Position numbers and translations under genes: made by a program. A model generated the notes under the pieces. That model did not search any database and was not told the origin of the DNA. It saw nothing but the letters and a program-made list of their open reading frames with translations. From a virus: a stretch of DNA of 32,363 nucleotides. The number at the start of each line of letters is the position of its first letter. Position 1 is the first letter of the stretch. The stretch lies in the UHGV virus genome UHGV-0310739; one strand, written 5' to 3'. Of the stretch, positions 8,546 to 16,474 are shown one piece after another.

Positions 8546-8614
8546 AATATTTCCTTTTATGTTATTACTGAATATGGCGGTGTTGCAGCACCGCCTCTTT
8601 CCGGAGGTACGATC

Positions 8615-9166
8615 ATGAGTCGCACATCCCTGATTAAATTAATCCATGTCGCCCGTCGGGAGCTACAACTCGACGACGACACTTACCGCGCTTTTCTGAT
8701 GCAGAAAACGGGCAAAATCAGTTGCCGCGAGCTTACGGTTACGCAACTGGAACAGGTGCTCGATGCCATGAAAGAACGCGGCTTTAAGAAGCTGAATAAA
8801 TACCCCCGTCGCCGCTTTAAGGAACATGTCACACCCCGCGAGAAGGTGTATAAAATCTGGCAGCAGATGGCAGAAGACGGTTTTATTACCGATGGCGGTG
8901 ATGTGGCGCTGGACAGATATGTTCAACGCCTGACCGCGAAACGCAACGGCGGACAGGGTGTTTCCACACTGGCGTGGTGTCATGGCGACACGCTGCTGAC
9001 AGTCCTCGAAACACTCAAACAGTGGCACATCCGCTGTATTCGTGAAGCCTTTTCCCGTCACGGGCTTCCATTGCCGGTCAGTCCGTCCGGTCGTGAACTG
9101 CGCGGCTATGATGCCATGACGGCGGCTTATGCCCATGCCAGAAAGACACGGAGGATGGCACAATGA
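8615..9166 (+). CDS. gemA: GemA-like protein (Mu gene 16 position)
   Basis: 183 aa from ATG 8615 with GGAGG RBS (track ORF 8372..9166 opens upstream at a GTG through hydrophobic AT-rich sequence); immediately upstream of and overlapping mor, as in Mu. Confidence 0.7.
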   Translation: MSRTSLIKLIHVARRELQLDDDTYRAFLMQKTGKISCRELTVTQLEQVLDAMKERGFKKLNKYPRRRFKEHVTPREKVYKIWQQMAEDGFITDGGDVALDRYVQRLTAKRNGGQGVSTLAWCHGDTLLTVLETLKQWHIRCIREAFSRHGLPLPVSPSGRELRGYDAMTAAYAHARKTRRMAQ

Positions 9167-9552
9167 CGGAAGATTTATTTGGTGATTTGCAGGATGACAC
9201 CATCCTGGCACATCTTGACAATCCCGCAGAGGATACGTCACGCTTTCCGGCACTGCTGGCGGAGCTGAACGATTTACTACGCGGGGAATTGTCCCGACTG
9301 GGTGTTGATCCTGCCCATTCACTGGAGATTGTTGTGGCTATCTGTAAGCATCTGGGCGGCGGTCAGGTCTACATTCCACGCGGTCAGGTTCTGGACTCGC
9401 TGATTCGGGATTTGCGTATCTGGAATGATTTTAACGGTCGCAACGTCAGCGAACTGACCACCCGTTATGGTGTCACTTTCAATACGGTTTACAAGGCCAT
9501 TCGCCGGATGCGACGGCTGAAATACCGCCAGTACCAGCCCTCACTTCTGTAA
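9163..9552 (+). CDS. mor: Middle-operon transcription activator Mor
   Basis: 129 aa; C-terminal region (GGGQVYIPRGQVLDSLIRDLRIWNDFNGRNVSELTTRYGVTFNTVYKAIRRMR) is paralogous to the C protein downstream; followed by a strong terminator. Confidence 0.85.
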   Translation: MTEDLFGDLQDDTILAHLDNPAEDTSRFPALLAELNDLLRGELSRLGVDPAHSLEIVVAICKHLGGGQVYIPRGQVLDSLIRDLRIWNDFNGRNVSELTTRYGVTFNTVYKAIRRMRRLKYRQYQPSLL

Positions 9553-9557
9553 ACAGT

Positions 9558-9582
9558 AAAGCCGGTTAATCCGGCTTTTTTT
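9558..9582 (+). terminator. Rho-independent terminator at the end of the early operon
   Basis: aaagccgg-ttaat-ccggcttt hairpin followed by a T-run, starting 6 bp after the mor stop. Confidence 0.75.
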
Positions 9583-9629
9583 ACGTCCTCAATATCCTGT
9601 GATGAATAACCGTACCGGGGGAAATCATC

Positions 9630-9848
9630 ATGGGTAAAGGCTGGAATGCATCCTTTCATCTTGGCAGACGTGAGCGGCTGCGTCAGGAGGTTTTGCACCG
9701 TGTCGCCGGTGGGCCACGTCCTGCGCCCCGCGACTATACCGGTCATGATGGCACCCACGGCAGTTATTACATGAAAGGCTGGCAGTCAGTTGATATGCCG
9801 GAAATTCTTCATCATTGCCTGCTTTACAGGGAGAAACATTATGTCTGA
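9630..9848 (+). CDS. Hypothetical small protein
   Basis: 72-aa ORF with GGGGGA RBS; first ORF after the early terminator. Confidence 0.35.
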   Translation: MGKGWNASFHLGRRERLRQEVLHRVAGGPRPAPRDYTGHDGTHGSYYMKGWQSVDMPEILHHCLLYREKHYV

Positions 9849-10203
9849 GCGTTCTGCTCGTCAGTGGCCTGATTTTTTATCGGTGGTGTTACTGGCGCTG
9901 TTATTGTGGATAAGTCTGTTTTGTGGCTGGCGCGCGCTGATGTTTTGCTGTGCCTCGGTTTTCAGTGTTGCTTTATGTGTTGCCGGTGATTGCCTGGATG
10001 CGCTGATAATGAGCTGCCGGGTGCCTGAACATTTTGCCCGGTTCGTCTGGCCTCTGACCTGGCTGGGGAGTCTGTCCGGGCTGGGATTAGCCGTGATGGC
10101 AACGTCTCAACTGAAAACGGGTCCTGAGCATGTCATCTGGGCGCTGGCCGGATTGCTGACGTTCTGGATCTCCTTTCGTTTTCGCGCTCGTCTGTTCGGG
10201 TAA
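9841..10203 (+). CDS. Hypothetical integral membrane protein (about 4 transmembrane helices)
   Basis: ATG 9841 with GGGAGA RBS; four long hydrophobic stretches in 120 aa. Confidence 0.5.
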   Translation: MSERSARQWPDFLSVVLLALLLWISLFCGWRALMFCCASVFSVALCVAGDCLDALIMSCRVPEHFARFVWPLTWLGSLSGLGLAVMATSQLKTGPEHVIWALAGLLTFWISFRFRARLFG

Positions 10204-10212
10204 AGGGGCACC

Positions 10213-10332
10213 ATGTACAGAAAATTCAGTGATGAATGTTTCGGGCCGTCCACGCTGATTAGTGCGATAAAAGTGATTGCCCTTGTGGTTCTGATAACCA
10301 TCAGTGCCGTGGTGTATCTTTCTGTCTGTTAA
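10213..10332 (+). CDS. Hypothetical 39-aa single-pass membrane peptide
   Basis: ATG 10213 with aaagggg RBS right after the upstream stop; MYRKFSDECFGPSTLISAIKVIALVVLITISAVVYLSVC has one hydrophobic helix; below the ORF-track size cutoff. Confidence 0.35.
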   Translation: MYRKFSDECFGPSTLISAIKVIALVVLITISAVVYLSVC

Positions 10333-10344
10333 CCGGGGGAAAAT

Positions 10345-10767
10345 ATGCAGCATGATTTATTTGAACACGATCCGGCAATTCGCCAGTTAATCGGACATAT
10401 TGATAACATCCCGGCCCCGGAACTGGAATCACGCTGGCCCCGTTCGGTGGTTGATCTGATTGATGTTCTGGAAAACGAACTGAAACGCCAGAACGTCAGC
10501 AATCCCCGTGAACTTGCCCGTAAACAGGCCGTTGCCCTGTCATGTTTTCTGGGTGGACGGCAGTTTTACATCCCCTGCGGCGATACGATCCTGACCGCGT
10601 TACGCGACGATTTGCTTTACTGCCAGTTTAATGGTCGTAACATGGAAGAACTGCGTCGCCAGTACCGCCTGTCCCAGCCGCAGATCTACCAGATTATTGC
10701 CCGCCAGAGAAAGCTGCATACACGACGTCATCAGCCTGATCTGTTCTCACCTGAAAGCCCAAAATAA
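10345..10767 (+). CDS. C: Late-gene transcription activator C (Mor/C family)
   Basis: 140 aa; C-terminal region aligns by eye with Mor (GGRQFYIPCGDTILTALRDDLLYCQFNGRNMEELRRQY...); GGGGGA RBS. Confidence 0.85.
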   Translation: MQHDLFEHDPAIRQLIGHIDNIPAPELESRWPRSVVDLIDVLENELKRQNVSNPRELARKQAVALSCFLGGRQFYIPCGDTILTALRDDLLYCQFNGRNMEELRRQYRLSQPQIYQIIARQRKLHTRRHQPDLFSPESPK

Positions 10768-10790
10768 CCGGCATCCTGCCGGTTATTTCC
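10766..10790 (+). terminator. Possible terminator hairpin at the C stop codon
   Basis: aaccggca-tcc-tgccggtt perfect 8-bp stem overlapping the stop, followed by only a weak T tract (atttcc). Confidence 0.4.
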
Positions 10791-10858
10791 TGTCACCATA
10801 ATCCCGCATCTGCCACCTGATTTTTTAGACTGCCATCAGAGCATTTTTTCAGGGAAGC

Positions 10859-11377
10859 ATGATGGCGGGGATACCAAAAAAACTGAAAGCCACACTGCTG
10901 GCTGTAACGATTGCCGGTGGCGGTGTGGGTGGTTATCAGGAAATGACCCGTCAGTCTCTGATCCATCTGGAAAATATCGCTTATATGCCTTACCGCGATA
11001 TTGCCGGTGTGCTTACGGTCTGTGTGGGACATACCGGGCCGGATATCGAAATGCGCCGTTACAGCCATGCGGAGTGTATGGCTCTCCTCGACAGTGATTT
11101 AAAACCGGTTTATGCGGCAATCGATCGTCTTGTCAGGGTGCCGCTGACGCCATATCAGAAAACGGCGCTGGCAACGTTTATTTTCAACACTGGTGTTACC
11201 GCATTCAGTAAATCAACGCTGCTGAAAAAACTCAATGCCGGTGATTACGCCGGAGCGCGTGACCAGATGGCCCGCTGGGTGTTTGCCGCAGGCCATAAAT
11301 GGAAAGGACTGATGAACCGTCGCGAAGTGGAAATGGCAATCTGGAATATCAGGGGGGCGGATGACCTTCGCAAGTAA
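10859..11377 (+). CDS. lys: Endolysin, T4-lysozyme-like (GH24) with N-terminal signal-anchor-release-like domain
   Basis: 172 aa; catalytic triad spacing E-9-D-6-T in HLENIAYMPYRDIAGVLTVCVGHTG as in T4 lysozyme E11/D20/T26; Gly-rich hydrophobic N-terminus (LKATLLAVTIAGGGVGGY). Confidence 0.85.
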   Translation: MMAGIPKKLKATLLAVTIAGGGVGGYQEMTRQSLIHLENIAYMPYRDIAGVLTVCVGHTGPDIEMRRYSHAECMALLDSDLKPVYAAIDRLVRVPLTPYQKTALATFIFNTGVTAFSKSTLLKKLNAGDYAGARDQMARWVFAAGHKWKGLMNRREVEMAIWNIRGADDLRK

Positions 11378-11747
11378 AAGTTTACTGCTGGCAGCCGTGT
11401 TTGCCGCCGTTCTGTCCGGTGTGTTGTGGCACAGGCTGGGCAGCACCCGCCACGATAACCAGACGCTGCGCCGTGAATTACAGACGGAGCAACAGGCCCG
11501 CCACACGGCTGAATGGTTGTTACACGGTCAGGAGCAAACGATGCAGGTATTTTCCGCTATCCGTGCCGCAAATCGTGCCGCGCGGCTGGCAGACGAGACA
11601 GAACATCATGATGCAAAACAAAAAATTACAACCGCCATTACCGGTGACAATTGCAGCACTCGTCCTGTGCCTGCCGGTGCTGCTGACAGGTTGCGGGAAC
11701 TCGAAAAACGCACCCGTGCCATCGGTGGTGCTCCTGCCCGAAACTGA
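11361..11747 (+). CDS. Inner-membrane spanin component (i-spanin, Rz-like)
   Basis: 128 aa; N-terminal transmembrane helix (LLLAAVFAAVLSGVLW) followed by a charged, helical periplasmic region; directly after the endolysin. Confidence 0.6.
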   Translation: MTFASKSLLLAAVFAAVLSGVLWHRLGSTRHDNQTLRRELQTEQQARHTAEWLLHGQEQTMQVFSAIRAANRAARLADETEHHDAKQKITTAITGDNCSTRPVPAGAADRLRELEKRTRAIGGAPARN

Positions 11748-11949
11748 TGCAGAACTGACGGAAGCAACACCCGTTCCGCCCATGCCACAGCCCCTGACGT
11801 GGGGAGCATCCCTTCTCTGGAATGCTGACCTGTTGATGGCGCTCGGGCAGTGCAACCGCGACAAGGCATCAGTCCGGGAACAGGAGACCCGGAGGAAAGA
11901 AATTTATGAACGAAGACCAGAACCGGGCGGTGGTGCTGCTGCTCGCTGA
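11608..11949 (+). CDS. Outer-membrane lipoprotein spanin component (o-spanin, Rz1-like), overlapped architecture
   Basis: Starts in the +1 frame inside the i-spanin gene; signal peptide with lipobox LLTGC; proline-rich mature region; extends past the i-spanin stop. Unusually long at about 113 aa. Confidence 0.5.
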   Translation: MMQNKKLQPPLPVTIAALVLCLPVLLTGCGNSKNAPVPSVVLLPETDAELTEATPVPPMPQPLTWGASLLWNADLLMALGQCNRDKASVREQETRRKEIYERRPEPGGGAAAR

Positions 11950-12100
11950 ACTCTGGCAGGGGGATACCCGTGATATTCCCCGCCCGGCGGCGTATGACCC
12001 GCCTGTATTGTGTGCCGGTTGCGGTCGTGAGCTGCGGCCTGATGTGCTGAGACAGCAGCCGATGGCGAACTACTGCCACTGGTGCCGTGGAGCAGAATAA
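11906..12100 (+). CDS. Hypothetical zinc-ribbon protein
   Basis: 64 aa; GGAGGAAAG RBS; CAGC and CHWC pairs 18 residues apart. Confidence 0.4.
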   Translation: MNEDQNRAVVLLLAELWQGDTRDIPRPAAYDPPVLCAGCGRELRPDVLRQQPMANYCHWCRGAE

Positions 12101-12399
12101 TGGATTTGATTTCAGTTTTAGCGTTATGGCCTTACCTGTTGCCTGTTGTGGCCGGTGGGGCCGTCTGGGCGATGCGTCGTAGTTTTGCCAGCACCGAGCG
12201 TGTGGAGCGTCTTGAAAACCGGATGACCGAAATGGAAACCCGCTACGCCAGCATCCCAGGCACAGAAGATGTACACGAAATGCGCCTGCGTATTGCAGAG
12301 CTGTCCGGCGATATCCGGGTGCTGTCCCAGCGGGTGCAGTCATTTTCCCATCAACTGGAGCTGCTGCTTGAAAACGCAGTAAACCGGAGTAATTCATGA
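12100..12399 (+). CDS. Small membrane protein with N-terminal transmembrane helix and coiled-coil (candidate lysis regulator / releasin-like, Mu gp25 position)
   Basis: ATG 12100 overlapping the upstream stop (TAATG) with GGAG RBS; 99 aa; N-terminal hydrophobic helix then charged helical region; last gene of the lysis block. Confidence 0.45.
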   Translation: MDLISVLALWPYLLPVVAGGAVWAMRRSFASTERVERLENRMTEMETRYASIPGTEDVHEMRLRIAELSGDIRVLSQRVQSFSHQLELLLENAVNRSNS

Positions 12400-12686
12400 T
12401 TAACGATATTCTGACTGAAGACCGTCGTCTGGTCATCCTGCGTTCCCTGATGGACTGCAATAACGAAGCCAACGAATCCATCCTTCAGGACTGTCTGGAT
12501 GCATACGGACACAACGTTTCCCGCGATGTGGTTCGCGGCCAGATTGACTGGCTGGCAGAGCAGCAACTGGTCACCGTGGAAAACCTGCGCGGCTTTTATG
12601 TCGTAACGCTGACCTCCCGAGGTCAGGATGTGGCGGAAGGCCGCGCCCGCGTTGCCGGTGTCAAGCGTCCGCGTCCCCGTGCATGA
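12396..12686 (+). CDS. Hypothetical protein (Mu gp26 position)
   Basis: 96-aa ORF translationally coupled to its neighbours. Confidence 0.55.
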   Translation: MINDILTEDRRLVILRSLMDCNNEANESILQDCLDAYGHNVSRDVVRGQIDWLAEQQLVTVENLRGFYVVTLTSRGQDVAEGRARVAGVKRPRPRA

Positions 12687-12697
12687 CAGGAGGCGTG

Positions 12698-13273
12698 ATG
12701 GACAGGAAAACACGGGGCCGGGCTTCAAAAGTGGATTTACTGCCGGAAAACGTACGTAAAACGCTGCATGAAATGCTGCGTGATAAGGCGATCCCACAGG
12801 CCCGCATTCTGGAAGAAATTAACGCACTGATTGAAGACGCTGGCCTGCCGGATGAGATGAAACTCTCCCGTTCCGGTCTGAACCGTTACGCGACGAACGT
12901 CGAGCAAGTAGGCCATAACCTGCGACAGATGCGTGAAATGACGTCAGCACTGACCGCAGAACTTGGCGACAAGCCAATGGGAGAAACCACAAAGCTGATT
13001 CTGGAAATGGCCCGCAGCCAGCTTTTTAAGGCCATGATGCGGCAAATCGAAAACCCGGAATCTGACGTGGATATTGACCTGCTGAAAAATGCCATGCTGG
13101 CGGCACAGCGTCTGGAATCCACGGCAATGTCCAGCCACCGGCGCGAGAAAGAAATCCGCCAGGCATTCGCAGAAGAAGCGGCAAACGCCGTCAGTGAAGA
13201 ACTGCGCGGGCAGGATGGCATCAGCGAAGAGCTGGAGCAGCGTATCCGTGATGTGCTGCTGGGTAAGGCATGA
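12698..13273 (+). CDS. Terminase small subunit-like protein (Mu gp27/D position)
   Basis: ATG 12698 with GGAGG RBS; 191 aa, basic N-terminus (MDRKTRGRASKVDLLPENVRKTL) and acidic helical C-terminus; immediately upstream of the large terminase. Confidence 0.65.
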   Translation: MDRKTRGRASKVDLLPENVRKTLHEMLRDKAIPQARILEEINALIEDAGLPDEMKLSRSGLNRYATNVEQVGHNLRQMREMTSALTAELGDKPMGETTKLILEMARSQLFKAMMRQIENPESDVDIDLLKNAMLAAQRLESTAMSSHRREKEIRQAFAEEAANAVSEELRGQDGISEELEQRIRDVLLGKA

Positions 13274-13280
13274 GAGGGTT

Positions 13281-14936
13281 ATGAACACCAGAGAAAACAA
13301 CCTTAAAGCCCTTCATGCCCCCCGAAAAATCAACCTGCGTGAGGAAGCCGAACTGCTCGGCGTGCATATCGTGACCGATATCGGGGAAGCACAGCCCCGC
13401 AATGAACCGGTTTTTCTGGGCTATCAGCGCCGCTGGTTTGAGGATGAAAGCCAGATTTGCATCGCTGAAAAATCCCGTCGTACCGGTCTGACATGGGCCG
13501 AAGCGGGCCGCAATGTCATGACGGCAGCAAAGCCGCGCCGCCGTGGCGGTCGCAACGTCTTTTATGTGGGTTCCCGTCAGGAAATGGCGCTGGAATATAT
13601 CGCCGCCTGTGCCCTGTTTGCCCGCGCCTTTAACCAGCTGGCAAAGGCTGATGTCTGGGAGCAGACCTTCTGGGACAGCGACAAAAAAGAAGAAATCCTC
13701 ACTTATATGATCCGTTTCCCTAACAGCGGATTTAAGGTGCAGGCGCTGTCAAGCCGTCCGTCTAACCTGCGTGGTTTGCAGGGGGACGTGGTGATTGATG
13801 AGGCGGCATTTCATGAAGCCCTGGACGAACTCCTGAAAGCGGCCTTTGCTCTCACCATGTGGGGTGCCCGCGTGCGGATCATATCGACACATAACGGCGT
13901 CGATAACCTGTTTAACCAGTACATTCAGGATGCGCGCGAGGGGCGCAAGGATTACAGCGTTCACCGCATCACGCTGGATGATGCCATCGCTGACGGGTTG
14001 TACCGACGTATCTGTTACGTCACGAATCAGCCGTGGTCGCCGGAAGCGGAAAAAGCCTGGCGTGATGGCCTGTACCGGAATGCGCCGAATAAAGAGAGTG
14101 CCGACGAGGAATACGGCTGCATTCCTAAAAAATCCGGGGGCGCTTATCTGTCACGCGTGCTGATTGAAGCCGCCATGACGCCAGCGCGGGATATCCCGAT
14201 TCTGCGTTTTGAAGCCCCGGACGATTTTGAATCGCTGACACCACAAATGCGCCACGGCATCGTTCAGGACTGGTGTGAACAGGAGCTGCTCCCGTTGCTC
14301 GATGCGCTGTCGCCGCTCAATAAACACGTACTGGGCGAAGACTTTGCACGCCGTGGCGACCTGACGGTGTTTGTTCCGCTTGCCATCACTCCTGACTTAC
14401 GCAAACGCGAATGTTTCCGCGTGGAGCTGCGTAATGTGACCTATGACCAGCAGCGACAAATCCTTTTATTCATTCTGTCCCGTTTGCCCCGTTTTACCGG
14501 CGCTGCATTTGATGCCACCGGTAACGGCGGTTATCTGGCAGAAGCCGCCCGTCTGATTTATGGCCCGGAGATGATCGACTGCATCAGTCTGACCGCCGCC
14601 TGGTATCAGGAGTGGATGCCGAAACTGAAAGGCGAGTTTGAAGCGCAGAACATCACGATTGCCCGGCATCAGACCACACTCGATGACCTGCTTCATATCA
14701 AGGTGGACAAAGGTATTCCGCAGATTGATAAGGGGCGCACAAAAGATGAAAGCGGTAAAGGCCGACGACATGGTGACTTTGCCGTGGCGCTCTGTATGGC
14801 TGTCAGGGCGTCTTATATGAATGGTTTTGTTATCGACGAGGACAGCATACAGGCGCTGCCACCACGCCACCGTGGTGATGATGTTGATAACGATGATTTT
14901 GATGATTATCACCAGTTTGAACGAGGGGGCTGGTAA
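13281..14936 (+). CDS. Terminase large subunit (Mu gp28/E position)
   Basis: ATG 13281 with GAGAGGG RBS; 551 aa; between the small-terminase-like gene and the portal gene. Assigned by synteny and size; no motif verified. Confidence 0.8.
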   Translation: MNTRENNLKALHAPRKINLREEAELLGVHIVTDIGEAQPRNEPVFLGYQRRWFEDESQICIAEKSRRTGLTWAEAGRNVMTAAKPRRRGGRNVFYVGSRQEMALEYIAACALFARAFNQLAKADVWEQTFWDSDKKEEILTYMIRFPNSGFKVQALSSRPSNLRGLQGDVVIDEAAFHEALDELLKAAFALTMWGARVRIISTHNGVDNLFNQYIQDAREGRKDYSVHRITLDDAIADGLYRRICYVTNQPWSPEAEKAWRDGLYRNAPNKESADEEYGCIPKKSGGAYLSRVLIEAAMTPARDIPILRFEAPDDFESLTPQMRHGIVQDWCEQELLPLLDALSPLNKHVLGEDFARRGDLTVFVPLAITPDLRKRECFRVELRNVTYDQQRQILLFILSRLPRFTGAAFDATGNGGYLAEAARLIYGPEMIDCISLTAAWYQEWMPKLKGEFEAQNITIARHQTTLDDLLHIKVDKGIPQIDKGRTKDESGKGRRHGDFAVALCMAVRASYMNGFVIDEDSIQALPPRHRGDDVDNDDFDDYHQFERGGW

Positions 14937-16474
14937 TGGGCCGTATTCTGGATATTTCCGGGCAGCCGTTTGATTTTGACGATGAAATGCAGACCCGCAG
15001 CGATGAGCTGGCAATGGTCATGAAGCGCACGCAGGAGCATCCTTCCAGTGGTGTGACGCCGAACCGGGCCGCGCAGATGCTGCGTGATGCCGAACGCGGT
15101 GATCTGACAGCACAGGCTGACCTGGCCTTTGATATGGAAGAAAAGGACACCCACCTTTTTTCCGAACTGAGCAAGCGCCGCCTTGCCATTCAGGCGCTGG
15201 AATGGCGCATCGCTCCGGCACGTGATGCCAGCGCACAGGAGAAAAAAGACGCCGACATGCTGAATGAATATCTGCATGATGCGGCGTGGTTTGAAGATGC
15301 CCTGTTTGATGCCGGTGATGCCATTCTCAAGGGTTATTCCATGCAGGAGATTGAATGGGGCTGGCTGGGCAAAATGCGCGTGCCGGTGGCGCTGCATCAT
15401 CGCGATCCGGCGCTGTTCTGCGCGAACCCCGATAATCTGAACGAATTACGTCTGCGTGATACGTCTTATCACGGGCTGGAGCTGCAACCGTTCGGCTGGT
15501 TTATGCACCGGGCCAAATCCCGCACCGGGTATGTCGGCACCAATGGCCTTGTGCGCACGCTTATCTGGCCTTTTATTTTTAAAAACTATTCCGTGCGTGA
15601 TTTTGCAGAGTTTCTGGAAATTTACGGACTCCCCATGCGCGTCGGTAAATATCCGACCGGCTCCACGAACCGCGAGAAAGCCACGCTGATGCAGGCCGTG
15701 ATGGATATCGGGCGACGTGCCGGTGGCATTATTCCGATGGGGATGACGCTGGATTTTCAGAGCGCCGCAGATGGTCAGTCAGACCCCTTTATGGCGATGA
15801 TTGGCTGGGCAGAAAAAGCGATTTCAAAAGCCATTCTGGGCGGCACCCTGACCACAGAGGCTGGCGATAAAGGTGCACGGTCGCTGGGTGAAGTGCATGA
15901 TGAGGTTCGCCGGGAAATCCGTAACGCGGATGTGGGCCAGCTTGCCCGCAGTATTAACCGTGACCTGATTTATCCCCTGCTGGCACTGAACAGTGACAGC
16001 ACCATTGATATTAACCGCCTGCCGGGCATTGTATTTGATACCAGTGAAGCGGGTGATATTACGGCACTGTCTGACGCCATTCCGAAACTGGCGGCGGGAA
16101 TGCGTATTCCGGTCTCATGGATACAGGAAAAACTCCATATTCCACAGCCGGTCGGTGATGAAGCCGTGTTTACTGCTCAACCGGTCGTCATGGATAACGG
16201 TCCGCAGAAAGAGGCCGCATTATCCGCTGAAGATATCCCGCAGGAGGATGATATCGACCGGATGGGCGTCTCACCGGAAGACTGGCAGCGTTCGGTTGAT
16301 CCCCTGCTGAAACCAGTCATTCTTTCTGTGCTGAAAGATGGCCCGGAAGCCGCCATGAACAAAGCCGCTTCATTATATCCGCAGATGGATGATGCAGAAC
16401 TTATCGACATGCTGACCCGTGCCATTTTTGTTGCCGATATATGGGGGCGTCTGGATGCCGCAGCAGACCATTGA
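14936..16474 (+). CDS. Portal protein (Mu gp29/H)
   Basis: 512 aa (the size I recall for Mu portal), directly downstream of terminase; start overlaps the terminase stop. Confidence 0.85.
   Translation: MGRILDISGQPFDFDDEMQTRSDELAMVMKRTQEHPSSGVTPNRAAQMLRDAERGDLTAQADLAFDMEEKDTHLFSELSKRRLAIQALEWRIAPARDASAQEKKDADMLNEYLHDAAWFEDALFDAGDAILKGYSMQEIEWGWLGKMRVPVALHHRDPALFCANPDNLNELRLRDTSYHGLELQPFGWFMHRAKSRTGYVGTNGLVRTLIWPFIFKNYSVRDFAEFLEIYGLPMRVGKYPTGSTNREKATLMQAVMDIGRRAGGIIPMGMTLDFQSAADGQSDPFMAMIGWAEKAISKAILGGTLTTEAGDKGARSLGEVHDEVRREIRNADVGQLARSINRDLIYPLLALNSDSTIDINRLPGIVFDTSEAGDITALSDAIPKLAAGMRIPVSWIQEKLHIPQPVGDEAVFTAQPVVMDNGPQKEAALSAEDIPQEDDIDRMGVSPEDWQRSVDPLLKPVILSVLKDGPEAAMNKAASLYPQMDDAELIDMLTRAIFVADIWGRLDAAADH

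Noticed and set aside
8372-8614. Upstream GTG-initiated extension of the gemA frame (ORF track 8372..9166)
   Set aside because: The extension translates to a Phe/Leu/Ile-rich string typical of the antisense of AT-rich coding DNA and overlaps the better-supported minus-strand ORF; the ATG at 8615 with GGAGG RBS is the plausible start.
11606-12481. 291-aa minus-strand ORF across the lysis/spanin region
   Set aside because: Antisense to a dense block of coupled plus-strand genes, no convincing RBS, Arg/Pro/Ala-rich low-complexity translation typical of GC-rich antisense frames.
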